From Oceanospirillaceae bacterium (GTDB lineage: Bacteria > Pseudomonadota > Gammaproteobacteria > Pseudomonadales > Balneatricaceae): a stretch of DNA of 64,000 nucleotides. A model generated the notes under the pieces. That model ran no database searches. It saw nothing but the letters and a program-made list of their open reading frames with translations, and was not told the DNA's origin. Positions 52,466 through 61,181 of the stretch are shown piece after piece. Location of the stretch: positions 14,259 through 78,258 of the forward strand of contig NYZU01000003.1 in NCBI GenBank assembly GCA_002686055.1, read 5' to 3'. A program made the position numbers and the translations under genes. Each line of letters starts with the position of its first letter. Within the stretch, counting starts at the first letter, position 1.

Positions 52466-52872
52466 GCTGATTTCTCTTTAATATAATCTGCCAACATATC
52501 CAGACCGGTATTGAGATCAATCTGGTGGCAGACCAGATCAAAACCATAACTTTTGTATTTTGGAATAATGTCTTCCGCCTTACCTGCACCCACAGTCAGG
52601 TTGCCGCCAATCATCATGATTAACTTATCTAGACCTTTATATTCAGCTTTCAGAGCTTTTACTTCGCGCCCCCAGCCCTCGGCCTCACCATTAAGGGAAG
52701 AAATCAGCAGAATATCAGCATCGGTCTCAATCACAGCATCAAAGAATTCCTCTAGGTAAGTGTTAACCCCCAGATTAAATACTTCGTAACCCCTAGCTTT
52801 TAAGGAGAGGTCTATAAGCCGATTAGCAACCACATGGATATCGTTACCAATGACGCCTGTTACTACCTTCAT
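52462..52872 (-). CDS. glmS: Glutamate (methylaspartate) mutase sigma subunit, B12-binding (not glucosamine-6-P synthase)
   Basis: VTGVIGNDIHVVAN (DxH cobalt ligand), NLGV, SSLNG, GGNL; start set at ATG 52872. Confidence 0.92.
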   Translation of the reverse strand: MKVVTGVIGNDIHVVANRLIDLSLKARGYEVFNLGVNTYLEEFFDAVIETDADILLISSLNGEAEGWGREVKALKAEYKGLDKLIMMIGGNLTVGAGKAEDIIPKYKSYGFDLVCHQIDLNTGLDMLADYIKEKSA

Positions 52873-52986
52873 GGTTATGGCATGTCCAAACAAATCGAAA
52901 GGCACCGATTATAGCAAAATCCTATAAGGAAATTGGTATTTAATGCTAGAATGTTGCGCTTAAATTTAGCTAATAGGCGTATTTTT

Positions 52987-53466
52987 ATGACTTTTTTTAC
53001 TGCAGACTTCTGTGATGAGTATAGTGACCAAGTTCAAGTGTTGGCTGCTGGCTATAATAATTATGGCGGCGCGCATAAATGTGAGGGTGAAATTGTTACC
53101 GTTGCTTTGGATAAATATAACGGTGAACTGATTAAATTACTGCGCGATACAGACGGTACAGGGAAGGTTGTAGTCGTTGATGTACAACAAGAATACTATG
53201 CGGTGGTGGGTGAAAAGCTGATGGAATTTGCTCAGCAAAATCACTTTGCTGGTATTGTGATTAATGGTTATGTGCGTGATACGGAGCAGATCACCGATGT
53301 ACCTGTCGGTCTTTATGCCATAGGTACATGCCCACGCAAATATATACCTACCACAGTAGGACAAACTCAAATTCCACTAACCTTTGGTGGGGTCAGCTTT
53401 CAACCCGGTGATTATCTATATGCCGATAAAGATGGCATTATCGTTACTGCTCAGCCATTGGTCTAA
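52987..53466 (+). CDS. rraA: RraA family protein / HMG aldolase-like
   Basis: TADFCD, NYGG, GKVVVVD, GIVINGYVRD, PGDYLYADKDGIIV; start set at ATG 52987. Confidence 0.85.
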   Translation: MTFFTADFCDEYSDQVQVLAAGYNNYGGAHKCEGEIVTVALDKYNGELIKLLRDTDGTGKVVVVDVQQEYYAVVGEKLMEFAQQNHFAGIVINGYVRDTEQITDVPVGLYAIGTCPRKYIPTTVGQTQIPLTFGGVSFQPGDYLYADKDGIIVTAQPLV

Positions 53467-53505
53467 AAACCTTATTTGGTAACAAAAAAAGTACGAGAAT
53501 TAAAC

Positions 53506-54699
53506 ATGACCCAGCCATGGTTAGATAAGGACTATCTCCATACCCAGATTAGGGGGGTGCTAGACTTTTACCAACAAAATGGTGTCCGTCCAGAAGGTGG
53601 TTTTTATCAACAATTGGATGCCCAAGGACAGCATGCAGAAAATGATATTCACCATCTGGTAAGTAGTACCCGCATAGTGGTGAACTTTGCACGGGGCAAA
53701 ATCCTCTTTGGTGATGCCGAATATACCCAACAGGTGCGTCATGGTTTAGCCTTTATTCGTGACCAGCATCGTTGGCCTGATGGCCGAGGATACCATTGGC
53801 TGCTAGCTGATAGTAAGCCAGAAGATAGTGATCAATACTGTTATGGTTATGCCTTTCTAATGCTAGCTTACGCCAATGCCCTTCAGGCAGGTGTGGAAGC
53901 AGCTGGGCCATGGCTGACAGAAACCTTTGATTTAATGGAAACCTACTTTTGGCAACCAAAAGATGGTTTATATGCCGATCAACTTAGTGCCGATCTAAAA
54001 ACCCTAGATAGTTATCGTGGTCAAAATGCCAATATGCATGCCTGTGAGGCACTGATTGCTGCCTATGAGGCAACCAATCAGCGTCATTATTTAGAGCGTG
54101 CCTTGGTATTGGCTGATAAAGTTGTTATTAGCAATACTCACAGCACTGATGGCTTGCTGTGGGAACATTATGATCAGCACTGGCAGCCGGACTGGGACTA
54201 TAATCGGCAGGATCCTCAGAATTTATATAAGCCATGGGGCTATCAACCTGGCCACTTTACCGAATGGGCTAAGTTATTACTAATGCTAAATGCCCATGCG
54301 CCAAAGCCATGGCTAGTCGAACGTGCTCATAAATGGTTACAGTTGGCGTGGGAAAAGGCATGGGATGCCAACTATGGTGGCTTATTCTATGGTTTTGATC
54401 CGGATTATAAAATTTGTGATAACCACAAATATTTTTGGGTACAGGCCGAAACCTTGGCCGCCCAAGCGTGGTTAATCAATACTACTCAGCACACAGATCT
54501 GCAAACACGATTTGATCAGCTTGCAGCCTATATAGAAGAGCATTTTATCGTCCCCAACCAGACAATCTGGCACCGTCTGCTAAGCCATGATAATCAGCCC
54601 TTAGACAATTGGATTGCCTTGCCTGGGGCTAAGTGCGATTACCATAATTTAGGTGCTTGTTATGATATTTTGTGCAGTCTGGATATTCACCAAGCATAA
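53506..54699 (+). CDS. AGE family sugar epimerase/isomerase (mannose isomerase/YihS-like)
   Basis: HLVSSTR, YCYGYAF, RGQNANMHACEA, QPGHFTEWAKLL, WVQAE, DYH catalytic His motifs. Confidence 0.9.
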   Translation: MTQPWLDKDYLHTQIRGVLDFYQQNGVRPEGGFYQQLDAQGQHAENDIHHLVSSTRIVVNFARGKILFGDAEYTQQVRHGLAFIRDQHRWPDGRGYHWLLADSKPEDSDQYCYGYAFLMLAYANALQAGVEAAGPWLTETFDLMETYFWQPKDGLYADQLSADLKTLDSYRGQNANMHACEALIAAYEATNQRHYLERALVLADKVVISNTHSTDGLLWEHYDQHWQPDWDYNRQDPQNLYKPWGYQPGHFTEWAKLLLMLNAHAPKPWLVERAHKWLQLAWEKAWDANYGGLFYGFDPDYKICDNHKYFWVQAETLAAQAWLINTTQHTDLQTRFDQLAAYIEEHFIVPNQTIWHRLLSHDNQPLDNWIALPGAKCDYHNLGACYDILCSLDIHQA

Positions 54700-54817
54700 T
54701 ATACCCACTTTATGGACTTCAATAGAGGTTTAGTAATCATCTGTTGCCATTGCAGTGTGTCCTTGTATAAGCCATTATTGGAGCAAATAAAGCCAATAAA
54801 ATAACTTCTGGATATCT

Positions 54818-55687
54818 TTGATGTCAGCTGGATTAAAGTTACATCTAGCCGTGCTGCTGTTTGGTGCTGCTGGTTTAATGGGTAAAGTGATTGCCATGCC
54901 TGCTACGCAACTAGTACTGGGGCGCACCCTTATTGGCGCCATTGCCCTAGCCTTGTTTATTGGTTTTTTTGCCAAACAGGAGCACCGTTTTGGGTGGTCA
55001 TCTGTAGGGATGAGTAAATTAACCTTGCTGGTCGGCTCTGGCATTATGTTAGCCATCCATTGGTGGACATTTTTTTATGCTATACAGTTAGCTGGAGTAG
55101 GCGTAGCTGTAGTTGGTTTTTCTGCCTTTCCTGTTTTTGTCACCTTACTAGAAGCACTGTTGCAAAAGCGCCAAGTCCAACCTATGGATGCTCTGGTCAC
55201 GGCCATCGTGGTAATTGGTTTGTGGTTAGTGGCGCCCTCCATAAGTTGGCAAGATGCCACCTTCCAAGGTTTAGCTTGGGGGGTTATATCAGGGGCTTTA
55301 TTTGCCGTACTTGCTCTACTTAATAAATCCCTAGTGAGCATATTTGGGGGCTTACATTTAGGTTTTTGGCAGCAAGCTATGGCGGCTGTTTGTTGTTGTT
55401 TATTGGTAGATTGGTCAGCCTTAAGGATCAATGCTTATGACGGTGCGAACTTGCTCATACTCGGGGTGTTATTGACGGCCTTTCCCCATGTATTGTTTAT
55501 CAGTTGTTTGCGTCATATTAGGGCGCATATGGCTGCTATTGTGACAAGCTTAGAGCCAGTTTACGCTATTATCTTTGCTTGGTTATTATTGGCCGAACAA
55601 CCCCCACTAAGCACCTTGCTTGGGGCGGGCATTATTCTATTTGCTGTGGTGCTAGGCCACTGGTATCAAAACAGGTTAACAGCCTAG
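54818..55687 (+). CDS. DMT/EamA family transporter
   Basis: 10 TMs; HLAVLLFG, HWWTFFYAIQ, SLEPVYAIIFAWLLLAE. Confidence 0.9.
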   Translation: MMSAGLKLHLAVLLFGAAGLMGKVIAMPATQLVLGRTLIGAIALALFIGFFAKQEHRFGWSSVGMSKLTLLVGSGIMLAIHWWTFFYAIQLAGVGVAVVGFSAFPVFVTLLEALLQKRQVQPMDALVTAIVVIGLWLVAPSISWQDATFQGLAWGVISGALFAVLALLNKSLVSIFGGLHLGFWQQAMAAVCCCLLVDWSALRINAYDGANLLILGVLLTAFPHVLFISCLRHIRAHMAAIVTSLEPVYAIIFAWLLLAEQPPLSTLLGAGIILFAVVLGHWYQNRLTA

Positions 55688-55725
55688 ATTTAGTAGTCCT
55701 AAAACCTCTTATTGGCTCTCCCACT

Positions 55726-56448
55726 TTAGCTATCACTTTCCCTTTGCTTGATATATTGATTAATGGATTGTGCCGTGGTGGTGTTCATCTGCCGATAAAT
55801 CAGTATGGCTGTGGCCGATAAAGTAATCACAATACAAGCATAGGCAGAAACAAATAGAAACATGGCAGCGATAGCATAGTAGTAGCCTCGAATGCCAAAA
55901 TTAAAGGTTTTTAGAGATTCAGTCATCACGGTAGTAGTGTCATCAATCAATTGCTGCAGGTTATCTTCAGCATAGTCGACTTTATTTGAGCCTTTGACAA
56001 CGGGTAAGGCGCCGATCATTGCTATAGCGTAAACAAGTTTACGCAAAGCATAGATAAATGAGAAAAAACTAATGGTGAGCACTACGGCGAGCAGAGCAAA
56101 GTTAGCACTAAATAGTTCAATACTCAGGCTTTCAATAAAATGCAACCCGGCCATTGTGCCGTGGATACTGTCCAGATTGATAACAATCGAGAATAAGCCG
56201 GCTAACACAATCAAGGTGGCAGAGCCAAAGAAAGCCACTGAGTGCACAATATGACCAACCATAATGGCATCAAACGGGCTTCTACCATGCATAGTAATTT
56301 GTTTAATCCACTCCCGCCGCACAGCCTTTAACTGATTATTAATAGTTTGTTTGCCGATTAGTTTAAAAATGGTCGAATAAGCAAACCAGCTAATAAGTAG
56401 CATTGCCATGGCAACTATATGGGGCAAACTAAAGTCATTGGGCAGCAT
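55726..56448 (-). CDS. DUF599 family membrane protein
   Basis: RREW, SVAFFGSAT, FNFGIRGYYYAIA pattern; 4 TMs. Confidence 0.8.
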   Translation of the reverse strand: MLPNDFSLPHIVAMAMLLISWFAYSTIFKLIGKQTINNQLKAVRREWIKQITMHGRSPFDAIMVGHIVHSVAFFGSATLIVLAGLFSIVINLDSIHGTMAGLHFIESLSIELFSANFALLAVVLTISFFSFIYALRKLVYAIAMIGALPVVKGSNKVDYAEDNLQQLIDDTTTVMTESLKTFNFGIRGYYYAIAAMFLFVSAYACIVITLSATAILIYRQMNTTTAQSINQYIKQRESDS

Positions 56449-56663
56449 AGGGTATCTTTCTCTAAATAATCGTAGACCCTATGAGTATATCGGTATGGCA
56501 ACATAATTTGAAATATTTACTTGTCTTTTCAAGTATTCGATCTACTTGCCAATAATAGGGCATTACTGCTAGGGTTGAAGTATAAGGGTGTTATATCTGC
56601 TCCCTTTTACTTAGGTTGCTATTAGCCAATAAAGCGTTTTCGTTTATGGTTGAGGAGGGCAAT

Positions 56664-56909
56664 ATGAAGAAGATAAAGAATGAAAAAGAACTACTAAAAA
56701 AAGCCATCCATTTTGGTATGAATTACGCGCAGAAAAGAGGCGTGGCCAAGTTCGAAGCAACAGACTCCCAGGATGCTAAGGTGGAGTATATTTATCGCCT
56801 GCTAGTCCATGATGGTGTTATGCAACCATTAGCGGGCGATCAGGAAAATCTGCCCAATATTAAACATAAATTGTCAATTTGGATGGCTCGGCAATTGGGT
56901 GAAGTCTAG
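56664..56909 (+). CDS. DUF5062-like small protein
   Basis: MKKIKNEKELLKKA...YAQKRG...KVEYIYRLLVHD...HKLSIW; GAGGAG RBS before ATG 56664. Confidence 0.75.
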   Translation: MKKIKNEKELLKKAIHFGMNYAQKRGVAKFEATDSQDAKVEYIYRLLVHDGVMQPLAGDQENLPNIKHKLSIWMARQLGEV

Positions 56910-57490
56910 TTGTTTCTTGGCTGGAATAAAAGGACAATTCTTGCCCCAATGCTAATTAATATTAAGCAGGTTACGACACCAGTGATATTAGCAAATACCT
57001 CTTGCAATATAAGTATCATGGTATCCTGCATAACCCCTTTATTTGCCATAATTTGTGCATGAAAGATGGCATTAAAAACCGCACAAACAAATGTTAGTAA
57101 GATTATTGAACGCCACTGTTTTCGCAGTGCTATGCCCGGCATTTGATACATATCAATACCACAAGCCTTAAACATTTCTAATATTATAAAAGGCATGGTA
57201 CTAAAAATAATAATACTGCTGAAAAACCAGATATCTATCTCATCGGCATGGAAAACATACTGGCTAATTAGACCTGTGATTAATAAATACATTACCCCCT
57301 TGGCTCTAAAGAGCCAAGTGATGATAATTAAAATACCTTTTGGGAAACATAAAATGAGATTAATAAGCGAATATTCATTAATCAGACTCTTGCTAGCTGG
57401 TTCCAAAACGAAATCGCAAAGGTATTCGGCTAAAATCATTAGCGCGCCGATCCAGCCTAAGGTGAAAAACTCTTTTGATATGTGATTCAT
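56906..57490 (-). CDS. Hypothetical membrane protein, stand-alone MASE1-like (paralog B)
   Basis: About 6 TMs; ILCFPKGILIIITWLF motif; alignable with the neighbouring ORF. Confidence 0.65.
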   Translation of the reverse strand: MNHISKEFFTLGWIGALMILAEYLCDFVLEPASKSLINEYSLINLILCFPKGILIIITWLFRAKGVMYLLITGLISQYVFHADEIDIWFFSSIIIFSTMPFIILEMFKACGIDMYQMPGIALRKQWRSIILLTFVCAVFNAIFHAQIMANKGVMQDTMILILQEVFANITGVVTCLILISIGARIVLLFQPRNN

Positions 57491-57597
57491 AAATATACTT
57501 AGATTTTAAGCCATATTCCTAGCATCAACATTAATTTAGCGCATCTGCGTACATTAGCCAACTTTATCATTTTAGATATTGTTTGATTAATATAAGT

Positions 57598-58191
57598 TTA
57601 TGTTTTTCTTATGCTACTCATATATGCACAAGCAGCCATAAAGCTTATGGCACACACTGTGTCGGTAATAATGTAGAAAAGAATCGTGTCAACGGCTTTA
57701 TCGGGCATAATATGACCACTAAGAATTACATGAATCACAAAAGCATTAAGCAAAGCTGAGACAATGCCCACTAAAACCAAAGCATGCCATTTTTTTTCTG
57801 GTTTGATATTTTTCAGCTTATATAAATCCCAACCACCTAAATTAAATAGGTAGAAAGTAATATAGGGTATCGTAGCTGTCATTAAACAGAATGCCATCAA
57901 TAATGGCGTTAAAGGCTGTTGGCTAATGGTAAGACTGATGGTAAGAAGGCTGGCAAAAAATAGATAAATAATGGCACGCCAGCCAAAATACCATGTCATG
58001 ATAATACGGATACCATGGGGTAGGCACAGTAAAGGGATAAAAGCTGTTGTTTCAGGTATATATAGAGCTTGTGCTTCAAATGCGAGGGGCTGTTTAATGA
58101 TATTGATTAACAAAAAAACAGCCGTGGCCATTATTAGAGCCAACAATTCTTTTTTGTAAACTAAAATCCATTTGTTGCTAAGAACTTCCAT
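57598..58191 (-). CDS. Hypothetical membrane protein, stand-alone MASE1-like (paralog A)
   Basis: About 6 TMs; LLCLPHGIRIIMTWYFGWRAI motif; AAGGGAG RBS. Confidence 0.7.
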   Translation of the reverse strand: MEVLSNKWILVYKKELLALIMATAVFLLINIIKQPLAFEAQALYIPETTAFIPLLCLPHGIRIIMTWYFGWRAIIYLFFASLLTISLTISQQPLTPLLMAFCLMTATIPYITFYLFNLGGWDLYKLKNIKPEKKWHALVLVGIVSALLNAFVIHVILSGHIMPDKAVDTILFYIITDTVCAISFMAACAYMSSIRKT

Positions 58192-58236
58192 TTGCTACTC
58201 CCTTAGAGGCTAGTAATAATCTGGAAGGCGCCCAGC

Positions 58237-58527
58237 TTAGGCTAATCTGTATATACCTGAGCGAGGTGAACCTATTTTTTGCAACATTCCTTTACTTTGC
58301 AAGTCACGTAAACATTTATACATGGTCGGTGCTGGCATGGATTTCAAATCAGGGTGAGCAATAATCTGGTCAATACTGACTTCTGGATTTGCTGGCGTAC
58401 TTAAATCAGCAAGGCTAGTAAATAATAATTTCTCAGCCTTAGATAAAGTTTCCATGCCCATATCTTCTTCTAAGCTTCGAACAAGTTGCAACAACCGAGC
58501 GAGTCTTTGCGGTGATGATTCAGTCAT
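58237..58527 (-). CDS. Small winged helix-turn-helix protein
   Basis: LSKAEKLLF...SIDQIIAHP...PTMYKCLRDLQSKGMLQK..PRSGIYRL wHTH pattern; start set at ATG 58527. Confidence 0.7.
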   Translation of the reverse strand: MTESSPQRLARLLQLVRSLEEDMGMETLSKAEKLLFTSLADLSTPANPEVSIDQIIAHPDLKSMPAPTMYKCLRDLQSKGMLQKIGSPRSGIYRLA

Positions 58528-58925
58528 AGTTTTTTTAAAAGTGGTGTAATTGTGTTTATTATTATACAAAATTATAGTGTAAATGCTAGCTTTAAATTCA
58601 AAAATCTTATTTTTCAGTATATTTTAATACTTTTAACAGGTAATTAATTAAAAATAATATTGTTTTTAAAAATTTATAAAAAAGTTGCTTTATTTTTTTT
58701 AATTTATATTTATCAATAGGATAATGGTCTTTTTGTTTAAAGAGTAGATGGATTATATTCTATTTTATGCCTTGATTTTAGTTTAAAAATAATGATGACG
58801 ACTATGTTGGTTGGGAGTTGGTTAGTGATGGTTAAAGGAATTTTTTATACAGATAAAATATTTAAAAATAAAGTTTACCTTTACTCTGCTTGTAAAAAAC
58901 TTATCAGTGATTACATATAGGGCAT

Positions 58926-58960
58926 AAAAAAGGCTTACGGAATAGTTCCGTAAGCCTTTT
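58926..58960 (-). terminator. Rho-independent terminator after tRNA-Ile2
   Basis: AAAAGGCTTACGGAA-TAG-TTCCGTAAGCCTTTT perfect hairpin flanked by A/T runs. Confidence 0.9.
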
Positions 58961-58967
58961 ATAAATG

Positions 58968-59043
58968 TGGTGGGCCTGCTCAGATTTGAACTGAGGACCA
59001 ACGGATTATGAGTCCGCTGCGCTAACCGCTGCGCCACAGGCCC
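58968..59043 (-). tRNA. ileX: tRNA-Ile2 (CAT anticodon, lysidine-modified)
   Basis: Reverse complement GGGCCTGTGGCGCAGCGGTTAGCGCAGCGGACTCATAATCCGTTGGTCCTCAGTTCAAATCTGAGCAGGCCCACCA folds as a 76-nt cloverleaf with encoded CCA; resembles E. coli ileX and likewise lies downstream of rpoD. Confidence 0.93.
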
Positions 59044-59059
59044 TTATTTAGGATGGGCA

Positions 59060-59088
59060 ATGATACCCTTGCTGCTCTTATTGGGCAA
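59060..59088 (-). promoter_or_regulatory. Putative tRNA promoter
   Basis: On - strand TTGCCC-17 bp-TATCAT, 16 bp upstream of the mature tRNA. Confidence 0.55.
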
Positions 59089-59144
59089 GAGAATAAACGC
59101 CTAATTGGCTGTTTTACTTGCACTTTAATTGCAGGCTTTGGTCA

Positions 59145-60959
59145 TTACTCTTCAATAAAGCTACGCAAGTGATCAGAGCGCACAGGGTGGCGTAGTTTAC
59201 GCAGGGCTTTGGCCTCAATTTGACGAATTCGTTCACGGGTTACGTCAAACTGCTTACCAACTTCTTCTAAGGTATGATCGGTATTCATTTCAATACCAAA
59301 ACGCATACGCAGAACTTTGGCTTCACGGGCAGTCAGGCCGGCAAGGACATCACGAGTGGCTTCACGCAAACCTTCACCCGTAGCAGAATCTATGGGTGAG
59401 TCCATGGTGCTATCTTCAATAAAGTCACCCAAATTTGAATCTTCATCATCACCAATGGGCGTTTCCATGGAAATCGGCTCTTTGGCGATCTTTAATACCT
59501 TACGGATTTTATCTTCAGGCATTTCCATGCGTTCGCCTAACTCTTCTGGAGTAGGCTCACGACCCATTTCCTGCAACATCTGGCGCGATATACGATTCAG
59601 CTTATTAATGGTTTCAATCATATGCACAGGAATACGGATAGTCCGTGCCTGGTCGGCAATAGAGCGGGTAATCGCTTGGCGAATCCACCAAGTAGCATAG
59701 GTTGAAAACTTATAACCGCGACGGTATTCAAACTTATCAACGGCCTTCATCAAGCCAATATTGCCTTCTTGGATCAGATCTAAGAACTGTAAGCCGCGAT
59801 TGGTATACTTTTTAGCGATAGAGATAACCAAACGTAAATTGGCTTCCACCATTTCTTTTTTAGCTCGACGTGCACGAGCTTCACCAATGGAAATACGGCG
59901 ATTAATTTCTTTGATCTCAGATAGGCTAATGGTGGCCTCTTGGGCTACATTGCCTAACTTACGCTGCGCGCGACGTAAGTCCATAGCATGGCGTTTAATG
60001 GCTTTTGAGTATGGCGCATCACGAGCTATCAGCTCATCAGCCCAATCAACATTGGCTTCATTGCCTGGGAATTCAGCCAAAAATACCTCACGGGGCATTT
60101 GTGCCCGACGGCTACAGATCTGACTAATAATACGTTCTTGTTGACGAATATTGGCCAAAGCACCGCGGGGAGCTAGAGCAATTACATCGAAGAATTTTGG
60201 TACCAGCTTAATGGGAGCAAACAATTCACCCAGCAATGCATATTCTTTTTGCGTTTGCTTGCTGCCACGGCCATGTTTGGCCTCTACACGCATAGTTTTT
60301 TGTAATTGCTTTTCCAGTTCGGCAAAACGCTCGGCAGCCTCTACGGGGTCTGGGCCATTATCCGTTTCTTCTTCACTATCTTCGTCATCATTGTCATCTT
60401 GGCTGACGGTAGTTGGATTGACTGGATCGGGGTCAGGTTCGCCATCAGGGTCAATATAGCCACTAAAGAGGTCGCTCAGGCGTATACCATCTTCCTCAAG
60501 GGTATCTTTGTAAAGATCAATAATAATTTTTACGGTATTGGGGTAATGGGCTAGAGCCGACATAACGTCTCGTAGGCCTTCCTCAATACGTTTGGCAATA
60601 ACGATTTCACCCTCGCGGGTTAGCAGTTCAACAGTACCCATTTCGCGCATATACATACGCACAGGGTCGGTGGTACGACCAGCTTCGGTTTCTACTGCAG
60701 CCAAGGCAGCAGCGGCTTCTTCAGCGGCAGCTTCATCGGTGGAATCACCATCTGTCATAAGCAGGGTTTCAACGTCTGGGGCCTGTTCAGAAACAGTAAT
60801 ACCCATATCGTTGATCATACCAATGATTTCTTCAACTTGATCCGGATCGACAATTTCTTCCGGTAGATGGTCATTCACTTCGGCGTAAGTTAAAAAGCCT
60901 TGTTCGCGACCCTTAGTGATGAGTTCTTTTAAACGAGACTGTTGTTCGTTGGCTGCCAT
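59145..60959 (-). CDS. rpoD: RNA polymerase sigma factor RpoD
   Basis: [78 protein letters not shown]. Confidence 0.99.
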   Translation of the reverse strand: MAANEQQSRLKELITKGREQGFLTYAEVNDHLPEEIVDPDQVEEIIGMINDMGITVSEQAPDVETLLMTDGDSTDEAAAEEAAAALAAVETEAGRTTDPVRMYMREMGTVELLTREGEIVIAKRIEEGLRDVMSALAHYPNTVKIIIDLYKDTLEEDGIRLSDLFSGYIDPDGEPDPDPVNPTTVSQDDNDDEDSEEETDNGPDPVEAAERFAELEKQLQKTMRVEAKHGRGSKQTQKEYALLGELFAPIKLVPKFFDVIALAPRGALANIRQQERIISQICSRRAQMPREVFLAEFPGNEANVDWADELIARDAPYSKAIKRHAMDLRRAQRKLGNVAQEATISLSEIKEINRRISIGEARARRAKKEMVEANLRLVISIAKKYTNRGLQFLDLIQEGNIGLMKAVDKFEYRRGYKFSTYATWWIRQAITRSIADQARTIRIPVHMIETINKLNRISRQMLQEMGREPTPEELGERMEMPEDKIRKVLKIAKEPISMETPIGDDEDSNLGDFIEDSTMDSPIDSATGEGLREATRDVLAGLTAREAKVLRMRFGIEMNTDHTLEEVGKQFDVTRERIRQIEAKALRKLRHPVRSDHLRSFIEE

Positions 60960-61181
60960 AAAAAACCTTTTGTATTAGGCGAATTATATGTAATCTAGCA
61001 AACACATTATTATAGTTGAACACTATATCTTGTGCCAGGTAAATCGCGCAATTAATGATGTTGACGCACTATTCAAAGCGTCTAGTATATATGGCGTTAC
61101 TTGGGCGCATTTTCAACACTATCTAAAAAGCGAGTGGCCCTTGCCTAAAGGTTCCTATCTGAACCTTGTGAAGAATGGTTA

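Noticed and set aside
49875-52872. Reading GlmL/GlmS (alias MutL/MutS) as a second mismatch-repair locus or as glucosamine synthase
   Set aside because: This is a name collision only; the motifs are those of glutamate mutase subunits. The mismatch-repair mutL is at 4597-6498.
52873-52986. Cobalamin riboswitch upstream of the glutamate mutase operon
   Set aside because: The intergenic region is only 114 bp, AT-rich and shared with rraA; no B12-box-like sequence is visible.
47745-58967. Intact genomic island or prophage integrated at tRNA-Ile2
   Set aside because: No integrase, phage or transposase genes, and no duplicated tRNA 3' end found by eye.
58822-59037. 71-aa ORF MAQRLAQRTHNPLVLSSNL...
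   Set aside because: It is a translation of the tRNA-Ile2 gene and its terminator.
58968-59043. Calling the CAT-anticodon tRNA Met or fMet
   Set aside because: The paired G1-C72 and absence of three G-C anticodon-stem pairs exclude fMet; sequence and position after rpoD match ileX-type Ile2.
59317-60840. Series of + strand ORFs antisense to rpoD (similar ones lie opposite mutL, hflX, hflC, recBCD and dnaG)
   Set aside because: Shadow ORFs produced by codon bias of conserved genes; no RBS or recognisable motifs.
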